A stretch of DNA of 52,653 nt, from the UHGV virus genome UHGV-0083175; one strand, 5' to 3'. This document shows positions 1-8,788 of the stretch, piece by piece. Made by a program: the position numbers and the translations under genes. Under the pieces are notes generated by a model that searched no databases, had not been told where the DNA came from, and saw only the letters and a program-made list of their open reading frames with translations. This DNA comes from a virus. Positions within the stretch are counted from its first letter, which is position 1. Every line of letters starts with the position of its first letter.

Positions 1-49
1 TTTTGTTTACCTGCGGGTATTCTTTTGTTGTGTTTACTAAGGAGTAGTT

Positions 50-331
50 ATGGAAGAATTAAGAATATTTCTCAATTCTCTTTCGTCAGATGAACAGCGT
101 ATGTTTGCATGTGAGTGTGGTACTAGCATCGGTTATCTAAGAAAAGCATTGAGTAAAGGTCAAGTGTTAGGGGCATCGTTATGTGTCCTTATTGAGCGAG
201 CCAGTAATGGTGAAGTTACACGTCAGCAACTACGGCCTTTTGATTGGATGAACATTTGGCCTGAGCTGGAAGATACCCAAACGTTAACACAACCACTTTC
301 CAGGAGCTTGATTCATGAAAATCAAGCATGA
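50..331 (+). CDS. YdaS/Cro-like HTH DNA-binding protein
   Basis: 93-aa ORF behind an AAGGAG RBS. The C..IERA..GEV....LRP pattern is recalled from the Rac YdaS family. Its end overlaps the next gene. Confidence 0.65.
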   Translation: MEELRIFLNSLSSDEQRMFACECGTSIGYLRKALSKGQVLGASLCVLIERASNGEVTRQQLRPFDWMNIWPELEDTQTLTQPLSRSLIHENQA

Positions 332-752
332 ACATATCCGCATGGCAATGAATGCGTGGCTGCTTTATCCGAGGGTAGGGCGCAAAAAAATCGCTGATGA
401 TATAGCGACAGCATATTTTGAGCTTGAAATGACTTATCCACCAATGCATGACACCTCTACGACAGAGGGTATTGGATTGAACATACAAAATATTTTTCGC
501 TGGCTTGAAAAGGATACGCCTGATGCTGTTGAAAAAATTCAGGCACTAATTCCGGCTATCCTGACTGTTCTTCCGCGTGAACTGCGTTATCACCTCAGTA
601 TTTTTGACACTGTTGAGCGCCGTGCATTACTGGCGGCGCAGGAAGCGTTGAGCACGGCAATTGATGCACATGATGATGCAGTCCAGGCCGTTTACCGGAA
701 AGCGTATTTCAGCGACAGCGGGTCATCCGGCGAATCTGTTGTGGTGCATTGA
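315..752 (+). CDS. ydaT: YdaT-like (CII-type) regulatory protein
   Basis: The MKIKHEHI... N-terminus and ...RRALLAAQEALSTAIDAHDDAVQAVYRKA.. C-terminus match the recalled Rac prophage YdaT. Confidence 0.8.
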   Translation: MKIKHEHIRMAMNAWLLYPRVGRKKIADDIATAYFELEMTYPPMHDTSTTEGIGLNIQNIFRWLEKDTPDAVEKIQALIPAILTVLPRELRYHLSIFDTVERRALLAAQEALSTAIDAHDDAVQAVYRKAYFSDSGSSGESVVVH

Positions 753-838
753 TATTTATGCCAGACCCCTGCTGATTCTGTTGATTGGGGAATCACAGAA
801 TATCACCAGAGGATGGTTCGTCACAAGATGAGGCAATT

Positions 839-1849
839 ATGGCCGCATTACCATACATGCAACTGTACATAGCTGATTACCTGGCTGACACCATGCATTT
901 GTCCGCAGAGGAGCACGGCGCGTATTTGTTGTTGATGTTCAATTACTGGCAAACAGGGAAACCAATACCTAAAAACAGGCTGGCAAAAATTTCCCGTCTG
1001 ACTAACGAGCGATGGGCTGATGTGGAACCATCCTTGCGGGAGTTTTTTTGCGATAACGGCGATGAATGGGTGCATCTTCGGATTGAGGAAGATCTGGCAT
1101 CAGTCAGGGAAAAATTAACCAAAAAATCAGCCGCCGGAAAAGCATCTGTTCAGGCCAGAAGAAGCAGAAAGGAAGCATATGTTCAAACAAAACAAGAGAG
1201 AGATTTAACAGGCGTTCAAACAAATGTTGGTGTTGTGTTTGAACATGACGCAAACACAAAAGCAACTAATAAAGATACAGATCTAAAAGAATTAAACCCC
1301 ACACATAACGTGCATGAACGCGAGAGTATTCCGACCAGTGAGTCGCATGGTGCGCCGTTGCAGACAGCCGAACCTGAATACCTGGACGGCCTGAGCGAAC
1401 CCATCGGGAAATTTTCGATGACTACTGTCTGGCAGCCGTCGCCGGATTTTCGACAACGGGCAGCAGTGTGGGGTATGGCTCTGCCTGAGCCGGAATTTAC
1501 ACCTGCTGAGCTTGCCGCATTCCGGGATTACTGGATGGCGGAGGGGAAGGTTTTCACGCAGGTTCAGTGGGAGCAGAAATTTGCCCGTCACGTGCAGCAC
1601 GTCAGGGCACAGGTAAAACCAGTCAGCAAGGGGGTAAGCCATGCAGCATCAGGTGGCACGGCATCACGGGCAGTTCAGGAAATCCGGGCAGCACGCGAAC
1701 AGTGGGAACGTGACAACGGATTTATCAGCAACGGAAACGGCCTGGAAGCTGTGGGAGCTTATGGGGGAGGTGTATTCGAACCGCTGGACTCAGAAGAACG
1801 GGGCCGCACCTTCGAAGCTCTGGATTGCCCAGATTGGTGCGATGACTGA
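839..1849 (+). CDS. DUF1376/YdaU-like replication initiation (O-like) protein
   Basis: The ATG at 839 gives MAALPYMQLYIADYLADTMHLSAEEHGAYLLLMF, a DUF1376 signature. The track ORF starts at an upstream TTG (785). Confidence 0.7.
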   Translation: MAALPYMQLYIADYLADTMHLSAEEHGAYLLLMFNYWQTGKPIPKNRLAKISRLTNERWADVEPSLREFFCDNGDEWVHLRIEEDLASVREKLTKKSAAGKASVQARRSRKEAYVQTKQERDLTGVQTNVGVVFEHDANTKATNKDTDLKELNPTHNVHERESIPTSESHGAPLQTAEPEYLDGLSEPIGKFSMTTVWQPSPDFRQRAAVWGMALPEPEFTPAELAAFRDYWMAEGKVFTQVQWEQKFARHVQHVRAQVKPVSKGVSHAASGGTASRAVQEIRAAREQWERDNGFISNGNGLEAVGAYGGGVFEPLDSEERGRTFEALDCPDWCDD

Positions 1850-2303
1850 ACAGCAAATCCGTCTGGTCTGCCGTCAGTGCATGGACCGCTGCCGGGCGGG
1901 TGAAACGTGGCCCCCGGACCTGGCTGAGTTTGTTGCGCTGATTTCGGAGAGTGGGGCAAATCCATTTGGTCTTACGGTGGATGCAGTGATGGAAGAGTAC
2001 CGGCGCTGGCGCAATGAATCCTGGCGATACGACGGGAGTGATAAATACCCGTGGCCACAGCCTGTGCTGTACCACATCTGCCTCGAAATGCGTACCAGAG
2101 GGATTGAGCGCCAGATGACGCAGGGTGAGTTAAAACGACTTGCGGAACGGCAACTGACGAAATGGGCAAAGCATGTTGGTAACGGGATGAGTGTTCCGCC
2201 AGTGCGACGACAACTGGAAGGGGCGAAACACCCGCAAGGGCCAACGCCAATTGAACGGCTGAAACAGGAATACGAACGCCGGAAGGCAGCTGGTTTTATT
2301 TGA
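1641..2303 (+). CDS. Replication protein P-like (helicase loader)
   Basis: Central and C-terminal similarity to recalled lambda P (..PPDLAEFVALI.., YPW....Y). The start is uncertain: alternative ATGs lie at 1761 and 1842, and 1842 overlaps the upstream stop as ATGA. Confidence 0.6.
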   Translation: MQHQVARHHGQFRKSGQHANSGNVTTDLSATETAWKLWELMGEVYSNRWTQKNGAAPSKLWIAQIGAMTEQQIRLVCRQCMDRCRAGETWPPDLAEFVALISESGANPFGLTVDAVMEEYRRWRNESWRYDGSDKYPWPQPVLYHICLEMRTRGIERQMTQGELKRLAERQLTKWAKHVGNGMSVPPVRRQLEGAKHPQGPTPIERLKQEYERRKAAGFI

Positions 2304-2336
2304 ATCTGAGAAACGATTTTGTCGGAGGAAATTTTA

Positions 2337-3053
2337 ATGGAAACCGTATTTGACGCACTGAAAGCACTGAAAAGAGCCTCTTCACAGGTAGTGGCGGCCC
2401 GCCTTGGAATCAGCCGTGAAGATGCGGTCAACGAACTGTGGAAACTGAAGCGCCGCGGTGAAGCGGATAACAAGGGTTCGATGTGGTGGCTGATTCAGGC
2501 TGGTGAAAGTGAACCGGTGTCACCGGTACCGAAAGTGACAGCGCAAATGCTGATTAAGGCGATTGAACAACATGGCCCACAAACGGCAGATGAGCTGGCA
2601 CTGATGTTCGGGATTACCTCCCGCCGGGCGAATTCATCGCTGGCCATGGCAATCAGCAAAGGGCGTCTGATTCGCGTGAATCAGGGCGGTAAATTTCGTT
2701 ACTGCATACCGGGCGCTGATTTACCGGCAGAGCCGGAAGCTGCATCCGTAGCGGAAACAGATGGTAAAGCCTTTCCTCAGCCAGCAGGTGTTGCGTTACC
2801 AGTCCGGGAAACGACGACACAGGAAGAAATGAAAACAGAAATCGTGGAAGACATTGTGAAGTTACAGCCATCGGTCACCGAAACGAAAGCAGATGACCTG
2901 ATTCTACCATCGCTGCATGTGGCTAACCGCGAGCTGCGCCGGGCAAAAGGTCAGGTTCAGAAGTGGGAGCGTGTCTGCGCCGCGCTGCGGGAACTGAACA
3001 AACACAGGGATATTCTCCGGGATATTACCGCCACCAGAGAGCTGCTGCGGTGA
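2337..3053 (+). CDS. Hypothetical phage protein with N-terminal winged-helix-like region
   Basis: ATG at 2337 preceded by GGAGG. The N-terminus has a wHTH-like pattern (..[24 protein letters not shown]). Confidence 0.55.
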   Translation: METVFDALKALKRASSQVVAARLGISREDAVNELWKLKRRGEADNKGSMWWLIQAGESEPVSPVPKVTAQMLIKAIEQHGPQTADELALMFGITSRRANSSLAMAISKGRLIRVNQGGKFRYCIPGADLPAEPEAASVAETDGKAFPQPAGVALPVRETTTQEEMKTEIVEDIVKLQPSVTETKADDLILPSLHVANRELRRAKGQVQKWERVCAALRELNKHRDILRDITATRELLR

Positions 3054-3367
3054 GTGGCTGGAAGAAGTGGCGCTGGGCGGAAATTATGATACTCCGGCAG
3101 TGTGCGGGAACGATGACAGTCGAAAGCATCGGCAGTCTGATTGGCCGTAGTGGGGCTGCCGTCAGGACGAAAGCGCGGGAACTGGGTATCTGCATGATGT
3201 TACGGGGTGATTATCACCAGTCAGCCAAATGTTCACAGCGTGATATTGAGCTGGCGCGGCAACTGCATCAGCGTGGCGTACCCCGACGGGAAATTGCCGA
3301 AAAGTTTGGGATGAAGTTGGGCGCAGTGAATAACTACGTTTATTTCGACAGGAGGGTTCAGGCGTGA
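3050..3367 (+). CDS. Hypothetical HTH protein
   Basis: GTG at 3050 overlaps the upstream TGA. Two HTH-like segments are present (..[19 protein letters not shown].., ..[18 protein letters not shown]). Confidence 0.5.
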   Translation: MSGWKKWRWAEIMILRQCAGTMTVESIGSLIGRSGAAVRTKARELGICMMLRGDYHQSAKCSQRDIELARQLHQRGVPRREIAEKFGMKLGAVNNYVYFDRRVQA

Positions 3368-3705
3368 GGGTGAGAATTTATATCGCCGGTCCGATGACGG
3401 GATATGAAAATTTCAACCGTGAGGCGTTTCACAAGGCGGAAGAAGCACTGAAACAGGAAGGGCATACCGTATTAAATCCCGCAGTACTTCCGGACGGGCT
3501 GACTCAGCCACATTACATGGATATTTGCATGGCAATGATTCGTTGTGTGGATGCGGTTTATATGCTGAAAGGCTGGCAGCGGTCGGCAGGCGCTAAGGCA
3601 GAGCTGCACTGGCGGAGAAACTGGGGCATGCAGTTATTTTCCAGGAGGCAACCAGTGAGCGAAATTAATTACCAGGAACTACGGCAGGTGAAAGAGAAAG
3701 CATAA
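3364..3705 (+). CDS. DUF4406 (nucleoside 2-deoxyribosyltransferase-like) protein, probable 3' frameshift
   Basis: [23 protein letters not shown] is a DUF4406 signature. The family-typical C-terminus LAEKLGHAVIFQE lies in the +1 frame from about 3609. Confidence 0.65.
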   Translation: MRVRIYIAGPMTGYENFNREAFHKAEEALKQEGHTVLNPAVLPDGLTQPHYMDICMAMIRCVDAVYMLKGWQRSAGAKAELHWRRNWGMQLFSRRQPVSEINYQELRQVKEKA

Positions 3706-3815
3706 TCCAGAACTGAATAATTAAAATCAGCACTGTAAATAAAATTTAATCCTTAACCGGAGGGATTCCTGCACCCTCAGAACATCAGGAGACCGCCCGG
3801 CAGGGCGGTAGTGAA

Positions 3816-3998
3816 ATGCGAAAGTTCAAAATAATTATTGAAACGGGAATCGCCGGTGGAGATTCCGAGGATGAATTCGAAGTGAATGATGATGCGACGC
3901 CTGATGAAATTCATAACGAAGCAAAAGAAATTTTCTTTAACTACTGCAATTACTCATATCACGAAATAAAAGACGAAGAGGAAGAACAAAATGGCTGA
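3816..3998 (+). CDS. Hypothetical small acidic protein
   Basis: 60-aa ORF, D/E-rich, sitting in an AT-rich inserted segment. Confidence 0.45.
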   Translation: MRKFKIIIETGIAGGDSEDEFEVNDDATPDEIHNEAKEIFFNYCNYSYHEIKDEEEEQNG

Positions 3999-4167
3999 TT
4001 TTGGTTCAACTAAATACAACGTCAGTTTTGAAGAATGGCATGAACTGTTAATGGACTATGCAGAGTTACGTGGTGGAAGTGCCGCCGATGCTGAAGCATG
4101 GCGTGATGACTATGAAGCAGGAAAAACTCCGGTCGAAGCATATTGTGATGAGTGGGGCTATGAATGA
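3991..4167 (+). CDS. Hypothetical 58-aa protein (below the ORF-track cutoff)
   Basis: The ATG at 3991 overlaps the upstream stop, and its TGA overlaps the ATG at 4164 (ATGA). Translation: MADFGSTKYNVSFEEWHELLMDYAELRGG... Confidence 0.45.
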   Translation: MADFGSTKYNVSFEEWHELLMDYAELRGGSAADAEAWRDDYEAGKTPVEAYCDEWGYE

Positions 4168-4679
4168 GCGAGATTAATTATCAGGAAGGGCATGAAACGG
4201 CAGGGCAGGCAAAACCAGTGGCATGGCGATATCGCTACGTGAAGAAAGACGTTACAGACTTTCAGGGGAAGCTGTGGGTTGGTGACTGGAAATATGTACC
4301 GACAAAAGAGGATTGCAACGACAGACCGAACTATGAAATTCAGGCCTTATTCATCGGCCCGCCAGTCCCGGTGACATCAGAAGGACTGGTTAAAGCTGTG
4401 CGCTTTTATGAACAGGTAAAGCGTGAGAATCCGCCAGTCGAAACAGGAGCATGGAAGGATGCTGTTGACTGGGTGCTCAGAGAGGCCTGCTGTGCTGCCA
4501 TTCTGGGTAAAGCCGACAATCCACCAGCATCCGGCAATCAGGTTAGCGAATTAGCAATGTGGGTTAAACGGCTGGTCAGCCAACTGAAAAAAGCGAAGCC
4601 GGACTGCAAATTACCGGATAAGGCGATGGACTACCTGAAGCGAAACGGACTGATAAACGAGGAGAATATTTTACGATGA
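4164..4679 (+). CDS. Hypothetical phage protein
   Basis: 171-aa ORF, translationally coupled on both sides. Confidence 0.6.
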   Translation: MSEINYQEGHETAGQAKPVAWRYRYVKKDVTDFQGKLWVGDWKYVPTKEDCNDRPNYEIQALFIGPPVPVTSEGLVKAVRFYEQVKRENPPVETGAWKDAVDWVLREACCAAILGKADNPPASGNQVSELAMWVKRLVSQLKKAKPDCKLPDKAMDYLKRNGLINEENILR

Positions 4680-4759
4680 CCTGGCCTGAAGCGTTCATAA
4701 CGGTAGGAATTGCAATGGCGGTGGCGCTGGTGGTGTATTCGATTTGCCGCTGGGGATAA
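4676..4759 (+). CDS. Putative 27-aa single-TM peptide
   Basis: The ATG overlaps the upstream TGA. Translation: MTWPEAFITVGIAMAVALVVYSICRWG. Confidence 0.3.
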   Translation: MTWPEAFITVGIAMAVALVVYSICRWG

Positions 4760-4854
4760 AAACGGTTTGCGGGGAAAGAAGAGTTAAGTAGAATTGCTGC
4801 GGGTGCTTGAGGCTGTCTGCCTCGGGCATGCCGACGTAAGGCAGACAGAGAAAA

Positions 4855-4921
4855 GCCCCAGTTAACATTATGCGTCTTGCAGGACGCTTAACATTAATCT
4901 GAGGCCATATCTATGACTTGC
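4855..4921 (-). ncRNA. sok: Sok-like antisense RNA (predicted)
   Basis: Minus-strand promoter TTGCCT-N17-TAATCT (plus coordinates 4956-4928), antisense to the mok start region. The 3' end is only approximate. Confidence 0.45.
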
Positions 4922-5125
4922 ACACTTAGATTAGCCTCTTATGCGCCGAAAGGCAAGGAGCAGCAGGCTATGAAGCAGCAAAAGGCGATGCTAATCGCCC
5001 TGATCGTCATCTGTATTACCGTCGTTGTAACGGTACTGGTAACGAGGAAAGACCTCTGCGAGGTACGAATCCGAACCGGCCAGACGGAGGTCGCTGTCTT
5101 CACAGCTTACGAATCTGAGAAGTAA
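4913..5125 (+). CDS. mok: Mok-like overlapping reading frame (modulator of killing)
   Basis: 70-aa ORF in the same frame as hok and extending it at the 5' end, as in hok/mok/sok loci. Confidence 0.55.
   Translation: MTCTLRLASYAPKGKEQQAMKQQKAMLIALIVICITVVVTVLVTRKDLCEVRIRTGQTEVAVFTAYESEK
4970..5125 (+). CDS. hok: Hok/Gef family type I toxin
   Basis: MKQQKAMLIALIVICITVVVTVLVTRKDLCEVRIRTGQTEVAVFTAYESEK matches the recalled Hok/Gef family. Confidence 0.9.
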   Translation: MKQQKAMLIALIVICITVVVTVLVTRKDLCEVRIRTGQTEVAVFTAYESEK

Positions 5126-5193
5126 GAGACCCGGCGAGGGAGAAATCCCTCGCCACCTCTGATGTGTCAGGCATCCTCAACGCACCCGCACTT

Positions 5194-5220
5194 AACCCGC
5201 TTCTGCGGGTTTTGTTTTTT
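5194..5220 (+). terminator. Intrinsic terminator of the hok mRNA
   Basis: ACCCGC-ttct-GCGGGT hairpin followed by a T-run. Confidence 0.7.
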
Positions 5221-5273
5221 CCTGGCATTCTGGTTTACAATTCGCACGCCGGCCTGAACAACTGGCACCTGCT

Positions 5274-5564
5274 GTGTCACCGGAGAACCCGATGGCGCAA
5301 CGTATAAAATCCCACAATTCTGAAGCCGTCCCGGCCATTAAGCGGGGGCGGCATTCGCACGTATTTAAAACCGACTGGTACCAGCATCCCCCATGCACTG
5401 AAGAACAGGCCGAATGGCTGATTCAGTGTTACCGCAGGCGCGGATACGAGGTTAAGAAAGCCATCAGCCTCGATTATCGTCACTGGATAATCTCTGTCAG
5501 GCTCCCTTATTCCGAACATCCACCGCGTCCGTCCCGCACATTCCAGCAACGTATCTGGAGGTAA
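5274..5564 (+). CDS. Hypothetical protein (same position as rem in Qin)
   Basis: 96-aa ORF (GTG 5274, alternative ATG 5292) lying between hok and the DUF968 gene, as in the Qin prophage order. Confidence 0.5.
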   Translation: MSPENPMAQRIKSHNSEAVPAIKRGRHSHVFKTDWYQHPPCTEEQAEWLIQCYRRRGYEVKKAISLDYRHWIISVRLPYSEHPPRPSRTFQQRIWR

Positions 5565-5565
5565 C

Positions 5566-6615
5566 GTGCGGGTATTACTTCGACCTGTTCTGGTGCCGGA
5601 ACTTGGCCTGGTGGTCCTTAAGCCTGGACGCGAATCACGGCCTGTTTTTCATTGCGGCAGGGTGCTGGTGGAGCCGGAACCGAAAAACATGCGCGGTCTG
5701 CCGTCCGGAGTCGTTCCTGCCGTTCGCCAGCCGCTGGCAGAGGATAAAACATTACTGCCATTTTTCAGCGATGAGCGGGTTATTCGTGCAGCAGGTGGTG
5801 CAGGTGCACTGTCTGACTGGTTATTACGTCACGTGAAATCCTGCCAGTGGCCACACGGCGATTATCATCACAGCGAAACCGTCATTCACCGTTATGGTAC
5901 CGGCGCGATGGTGTTGTGCTGGCACTGTGACAACCAGCTGCGCGACCAGACATCAGAATCACTCGATCAACTTGCTCAGCAGAATCTGGTTGCCTGGATG
6001 ATTGACGTCATCCGTCACGCAATAAGCGGTACGCAGGAGAGGGAGTTATCGCTGGCCGAATTATCCTGGTGGGCGGCCTGCAATCAGGTGGTGGATGCAC
6101 TACCTGAGGCAGTAGCGCGTTGTTCGCTGGGATTACCAGCGGAAAAAATCCGCTCCGTATACCGTGAGAGTGACATCGTACCGGGAGAACAGACAGCCAT
6201 CAGCATACTGAAGCAGCGCACAAAAAATATTGCGCTGCCACTTCACGTCCACCAGCAACAAAATCCACCACAGAAAAAAACGGTTGTCAGTATCGCCGTT
6301 GATCCGGAGTCTCCTGAATCGTTCATGAGGCGGCCTAAACGTCGCCGTTGGGTTAATGAGAAATACACGCGCTGGGTAAAGACACAGCCGTGTGCGTGTT
6401 GTGGTAAGCCAGCTGACGATCCGCATCACCTGATTGGTCATGGTCAGGGGGGAATGGGAACAAAGGCCCACGATATTTTCACGCTACCGTTGTGCCGGGA
6501 GCACCACAACGAACTTCATGCAGACCCGCAGGAGTTTGAGAAAAAGTACGGCTCTCAGATTGAGTTAATTTTTCGTTTTCTTGATCACGCCTTTGCGACT
6601 GGCGTGCTCGGGTAA
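5566..6615 (+). CDS. DUF968 (YdfU-like) protein
   Basis: GTG start after GGAGG. The C-terminus, C.CCG....DPHHL......GMG.K..D....PLC..HH.ELH, is the DUF968 Zn/HNH-like signature. Same 349-aa length as recalled for YdfU. Confidence 0.8.
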   Translation: MRVLLRPVLVPELGLVVLKPGRESRPVFHCGRVLVEPEPKNMRGLPSGVVPAVRQPLAEDKTLLPFFSDERVIRAAGGAGALSDWLLRHVKSCQWPHGDYHHSETVIHRYGTGAMVLCWHCDNQLRDQTSESLDQLAQQNLVAWMIDVIRHAISGTQERELSLAELSWWAACNQVVDALPEAVARCSLGLPAEKIRSVYRESDIVPGEQTAISILKQRTKNIALPLHVHQQQNPPQKKTVVSIAVDPESPESFMRRPKRRRWVNEKYTRWVKTQPCACCGKPADDPHHLIGHGQGGMGTKAHDIFTLPLCREHHNELHADPQEFEKKYGSQIELIFRFLDHAFATGVLG

Positions 6616-6627
6616 AAGAGGTGACTG

Positions 6628-6990
6628 ATGCTCATAGATTTGGTTTTACCTTACCCGCCGACGGTGAACACTTACTGGCGACGCCGTGGCAGCACATATT
6701 TTGTATCAAAAGCCGGGGAGCGTTATCGCCGGGCAGTGGCGCTTATTGTTCGCCAGCAGCGGCTGAAATTAAGACTGTCCGGACGGCTGGCAATAAAAAT
6801 TATTGCAGAGCCACCGGATAAGCGTCGTCGTGACCTGGACAATTTTCTGAAAGCGCCGCTGGATGCGCTGACGCATGCAGGAATGTTAATGGACGATGAG
6901 CAGTTTGATGAAATCAATATTGTACGTGGCAAGCCAGTATCTGGTGGACGGCTGGAGATAAGAATTACAGAGGTGGGTGTGCATGAATAA
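6628..6990 (+). CDS. rusA: Holliday junction resolvase RusA
   Basis: ..PPDKRRRDLDNFLKAPLDALTHAGMLMDDEQ..GGRLEIRITE matches the recalled E. coli RusA. Confidence 0.9.
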   Translation: MLIDLVLPYPPTVNTYWRRRGSTYFVSKAGERYRRAVALIVRQQRLKLRLSGRLAIKIIAEPPDKRRRDLDNFLKAPLDALTHAGMLMDDEQFDEINIVRGKPVSGGRLEIRITEVGVHE

Positions 6991-7648
6991 CCAGTATTTA
7001 CAGTTTGTTCGTGAGCAACTCATGATTGCCACTGCGGATCTTAGTGGGTCGACAAAAGGCCAGCTGGAAGTCTGGCAGGAAAATGCCCTGTTCGATACAG
7101 GGCGTTACAGACGCAAAAAAATTCGTTACCGCGATGAGGTAACCGGAAAAATGATCACGCGGGATAATCCCCCGATCCCGGGTAAACAATCACTGGCGAA
7201 AGGCTCATCAATTGCCCTGGTCAGTCCGGTTGAGTTTTCGACATCATCATGGCGACGCGCCGTTCTGTCTCTTGAAGAACATCATAAAGCCTGGCTGCTG
7301 TGGTGTTACAGCGGTAGCATTTGCTGGGAGCATCAGATCGCGATAACGCAGTGGGCGTGGACTGAATTTAATGCTCAATCCGGTACCAGAAAAATTGCAG
7401 GAAAAACTCTGGTGCGCCTGAAGACGTTGATCTGGTTGGCGGCGCAGGCGGTAAAAGCTGAGCTTTTTGGTGGGGAAGGTTACGAATACCAGGAACTGGC
7501 GTTACTGGTGGGAGTAACAACCAAAAACTGGTCCAAGACATTTACTGGTCACTGGGTTGCAATGAAACACATTTTTCATCGGCTGGATAGTGAAGCTTTA
7601 TTGTTGGTGGAGGGAACTCGTTCAAAACAAAAGGCGGCATTTTCATAG
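6983..7648 (+). CDS. Late-gene antiterminator Q (Qin/QuuQ type)
   Basis: It sits directly downstream of rusA and upstream of a promoter plus short terminated leader. The ATG at 6983 follows GAGGTGG. Confidence 0.75.
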   Translation: MNNQYLQFVREQLMIATADLSGSTKGQLEVWQENALFDTGRYRRKKIRYRDEVTGKMITRDNPPIPGKQSLAKGSSIALVSPVEFSTSSWRRAVLSLEEHHKAWLLWCYSGSICWEHQIAITQWAWTEFNAQSGTRKIAGKTLVRLKTLIWLAAQAVKAELFGGEGYEYQELALLVGVTTKNWSKTFTGHWVAMKHIFHRLDSEALLLVEGTRSKQKAAFS

Positions 7649-7655
7649 CAAAGTA

Positions 7656-7684
7656 TTGCAAAAGTAGACAAAAAGGCATATATT
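7656..7684 (+). promoter_or_regulatory. Late promoter PR' (predicted)
   Basis: TTGCAA (7656-7661) - 17 nt - TATATT (7679-7684), immediately after Q. A -10-like GATATT in the early transcribed region may be the pause element. Confidence 0.5.
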
Positions 7685-7734
7685 TCGTGTAAATCTGATA
7701 TTTTGCCGTTATTATACGTGATGGCAAAGCCACT

Positions 7735-7760
7735 AAAACCCGTGACCGAGCGGGTTTTTT
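7735..7760 (+). terminator. tR' intrinsic terminator
   Basis: aaaACCCG-tgaccgag-CGGGTtttttt, about 70 nt downstream of the predicted PR' start site. Confidence 0.75.
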
Positions 7761-7833
7761 ACCCCCCAAAAAATGGCATAGACATTAAACGTGATGACGA
7801 TTGTGCCAATACTTTCTCCATCAATGACGCCCC

Positions 7834-7862
7834 TTGACTGCATGGAATCCAATTTGTTATGT
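7834..7862 (+). promoter_or_regulatory. Predicted sigma70 promoter of the membrane-protein moron
   Basis: TTGACT - 17 nt - TTATGT. Confidence 0.4.
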
Positions 7863-7901
7863 AATGTGTGTTGATATTTTTGAGTTGTTAATGGTGTTAC
7901 T

Positions 7902-8615
7902 ATGGATGACAGTGCTCTGCTCAGAAACTCTTCACTTTTTGTCGCTTATATGGGCTGTCTCGGATGGGGGAGCGCTTATTTCTATGGATGGGGTACTTCA
8001 TTTTACTATGGCTTTCCATGGTGGGTTGTCGGGGCTGGTGTCGATGATGTAGCACGAAGTTTGTTTTATGCTGTGACAGTTATTGTTATATTCCTTATTG
8101 GATGGGGAGTTGGTATTGTTTTCTTTTTGGGCATAAAACAAAAGCGCAATATACAAAATTTGAGTTTTATCCGGCTTTTTCTCGCGATATTGCTGCTTTT
8201 TATTCCACCTGTTCTGGAGTTTTCTGTAATTCATCAGCATGTTGAGCCAGATGTACTGATTTTCTGCGTTCTTGCTGCCTTTGCAATCACGCTTTTTGTC
8301 AGGTCTGGAAGAAGACTTGTTTCAGTCAAATGTTTTTCGGAAATGTCTGTTATTCGCCATCACCGAATTGAGTTCATGATGGCTGGGTTTATGATTTATT
8401 TCTGGGCATTCTCTCTTATTGCCGGTTGGTACAAACCACAGTTTAAGAGGGAATATCAGGCGGTCCACTATGAGAATGTATGGTATTACATTATTGCGCG
8501 CTATGATGATCGTCTGGTGTTATCGAAATCATACAGGAGTGGGGGTAAGAAATTCGTTATATTTAATAGCGGAAATATTAATGATTTTGAAATTAATACT
8601 GTCAGAGTACGTTAA
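7902..8615 (+). CDS. Multi-pass inner-membrane protein of unknown function (moron)
   Basis: 237-aa ORF with about 5-6 hydrophobic segments rich in W/Y/F/G. It is visibly AT-rich and occupies the slot downstream of tR' where stx sits in Stx phages. Confidence 0.65.
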   Translation: MDDSALLRNSSLFVAYMGCLGWGSAYFYGWGTSFYYGFPWWVVGAGVDDVARSLFYAVTVIVIFLIGWGVGIVFFLGIKQKRNIQNLSFIRLFLAILLLFIPPVLEFSVIHQHVEPDVLIFCVLAAFAITLFVRSGRRLVSVKCFSEMSVIRHHRIEFMMAGFMIYFWAFSLIAGWYKPQFKREYQAVHYENVWYYIIARYDDRLVLSKSYRSGGKKFVIFNSGNINDFEINTVRVR

Positions 8616-8788
8616 AATTTCCTGAGTAATAAAGATTTTACTGCCCGGCATTGAGCGGTTTTTTTATGCCAGAAAAATGGTGCAGTACATAAAATGTGCA
8701 GGTGGTTATTAATACCGGTCTTTCAGCTTGCTGGCTTTTTTGACAAGAGTTACTGGTGTGTCACGTTAACCGGAAAAGGGAAAAAGAC

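Noticed and set aside
7834-8052. 72-aa ORF overlapping the start of the membrane-protein gene
   Set aside because: It is an alternative frame of the same region. The longer 7902-8615 frame has a coherent TM topology.
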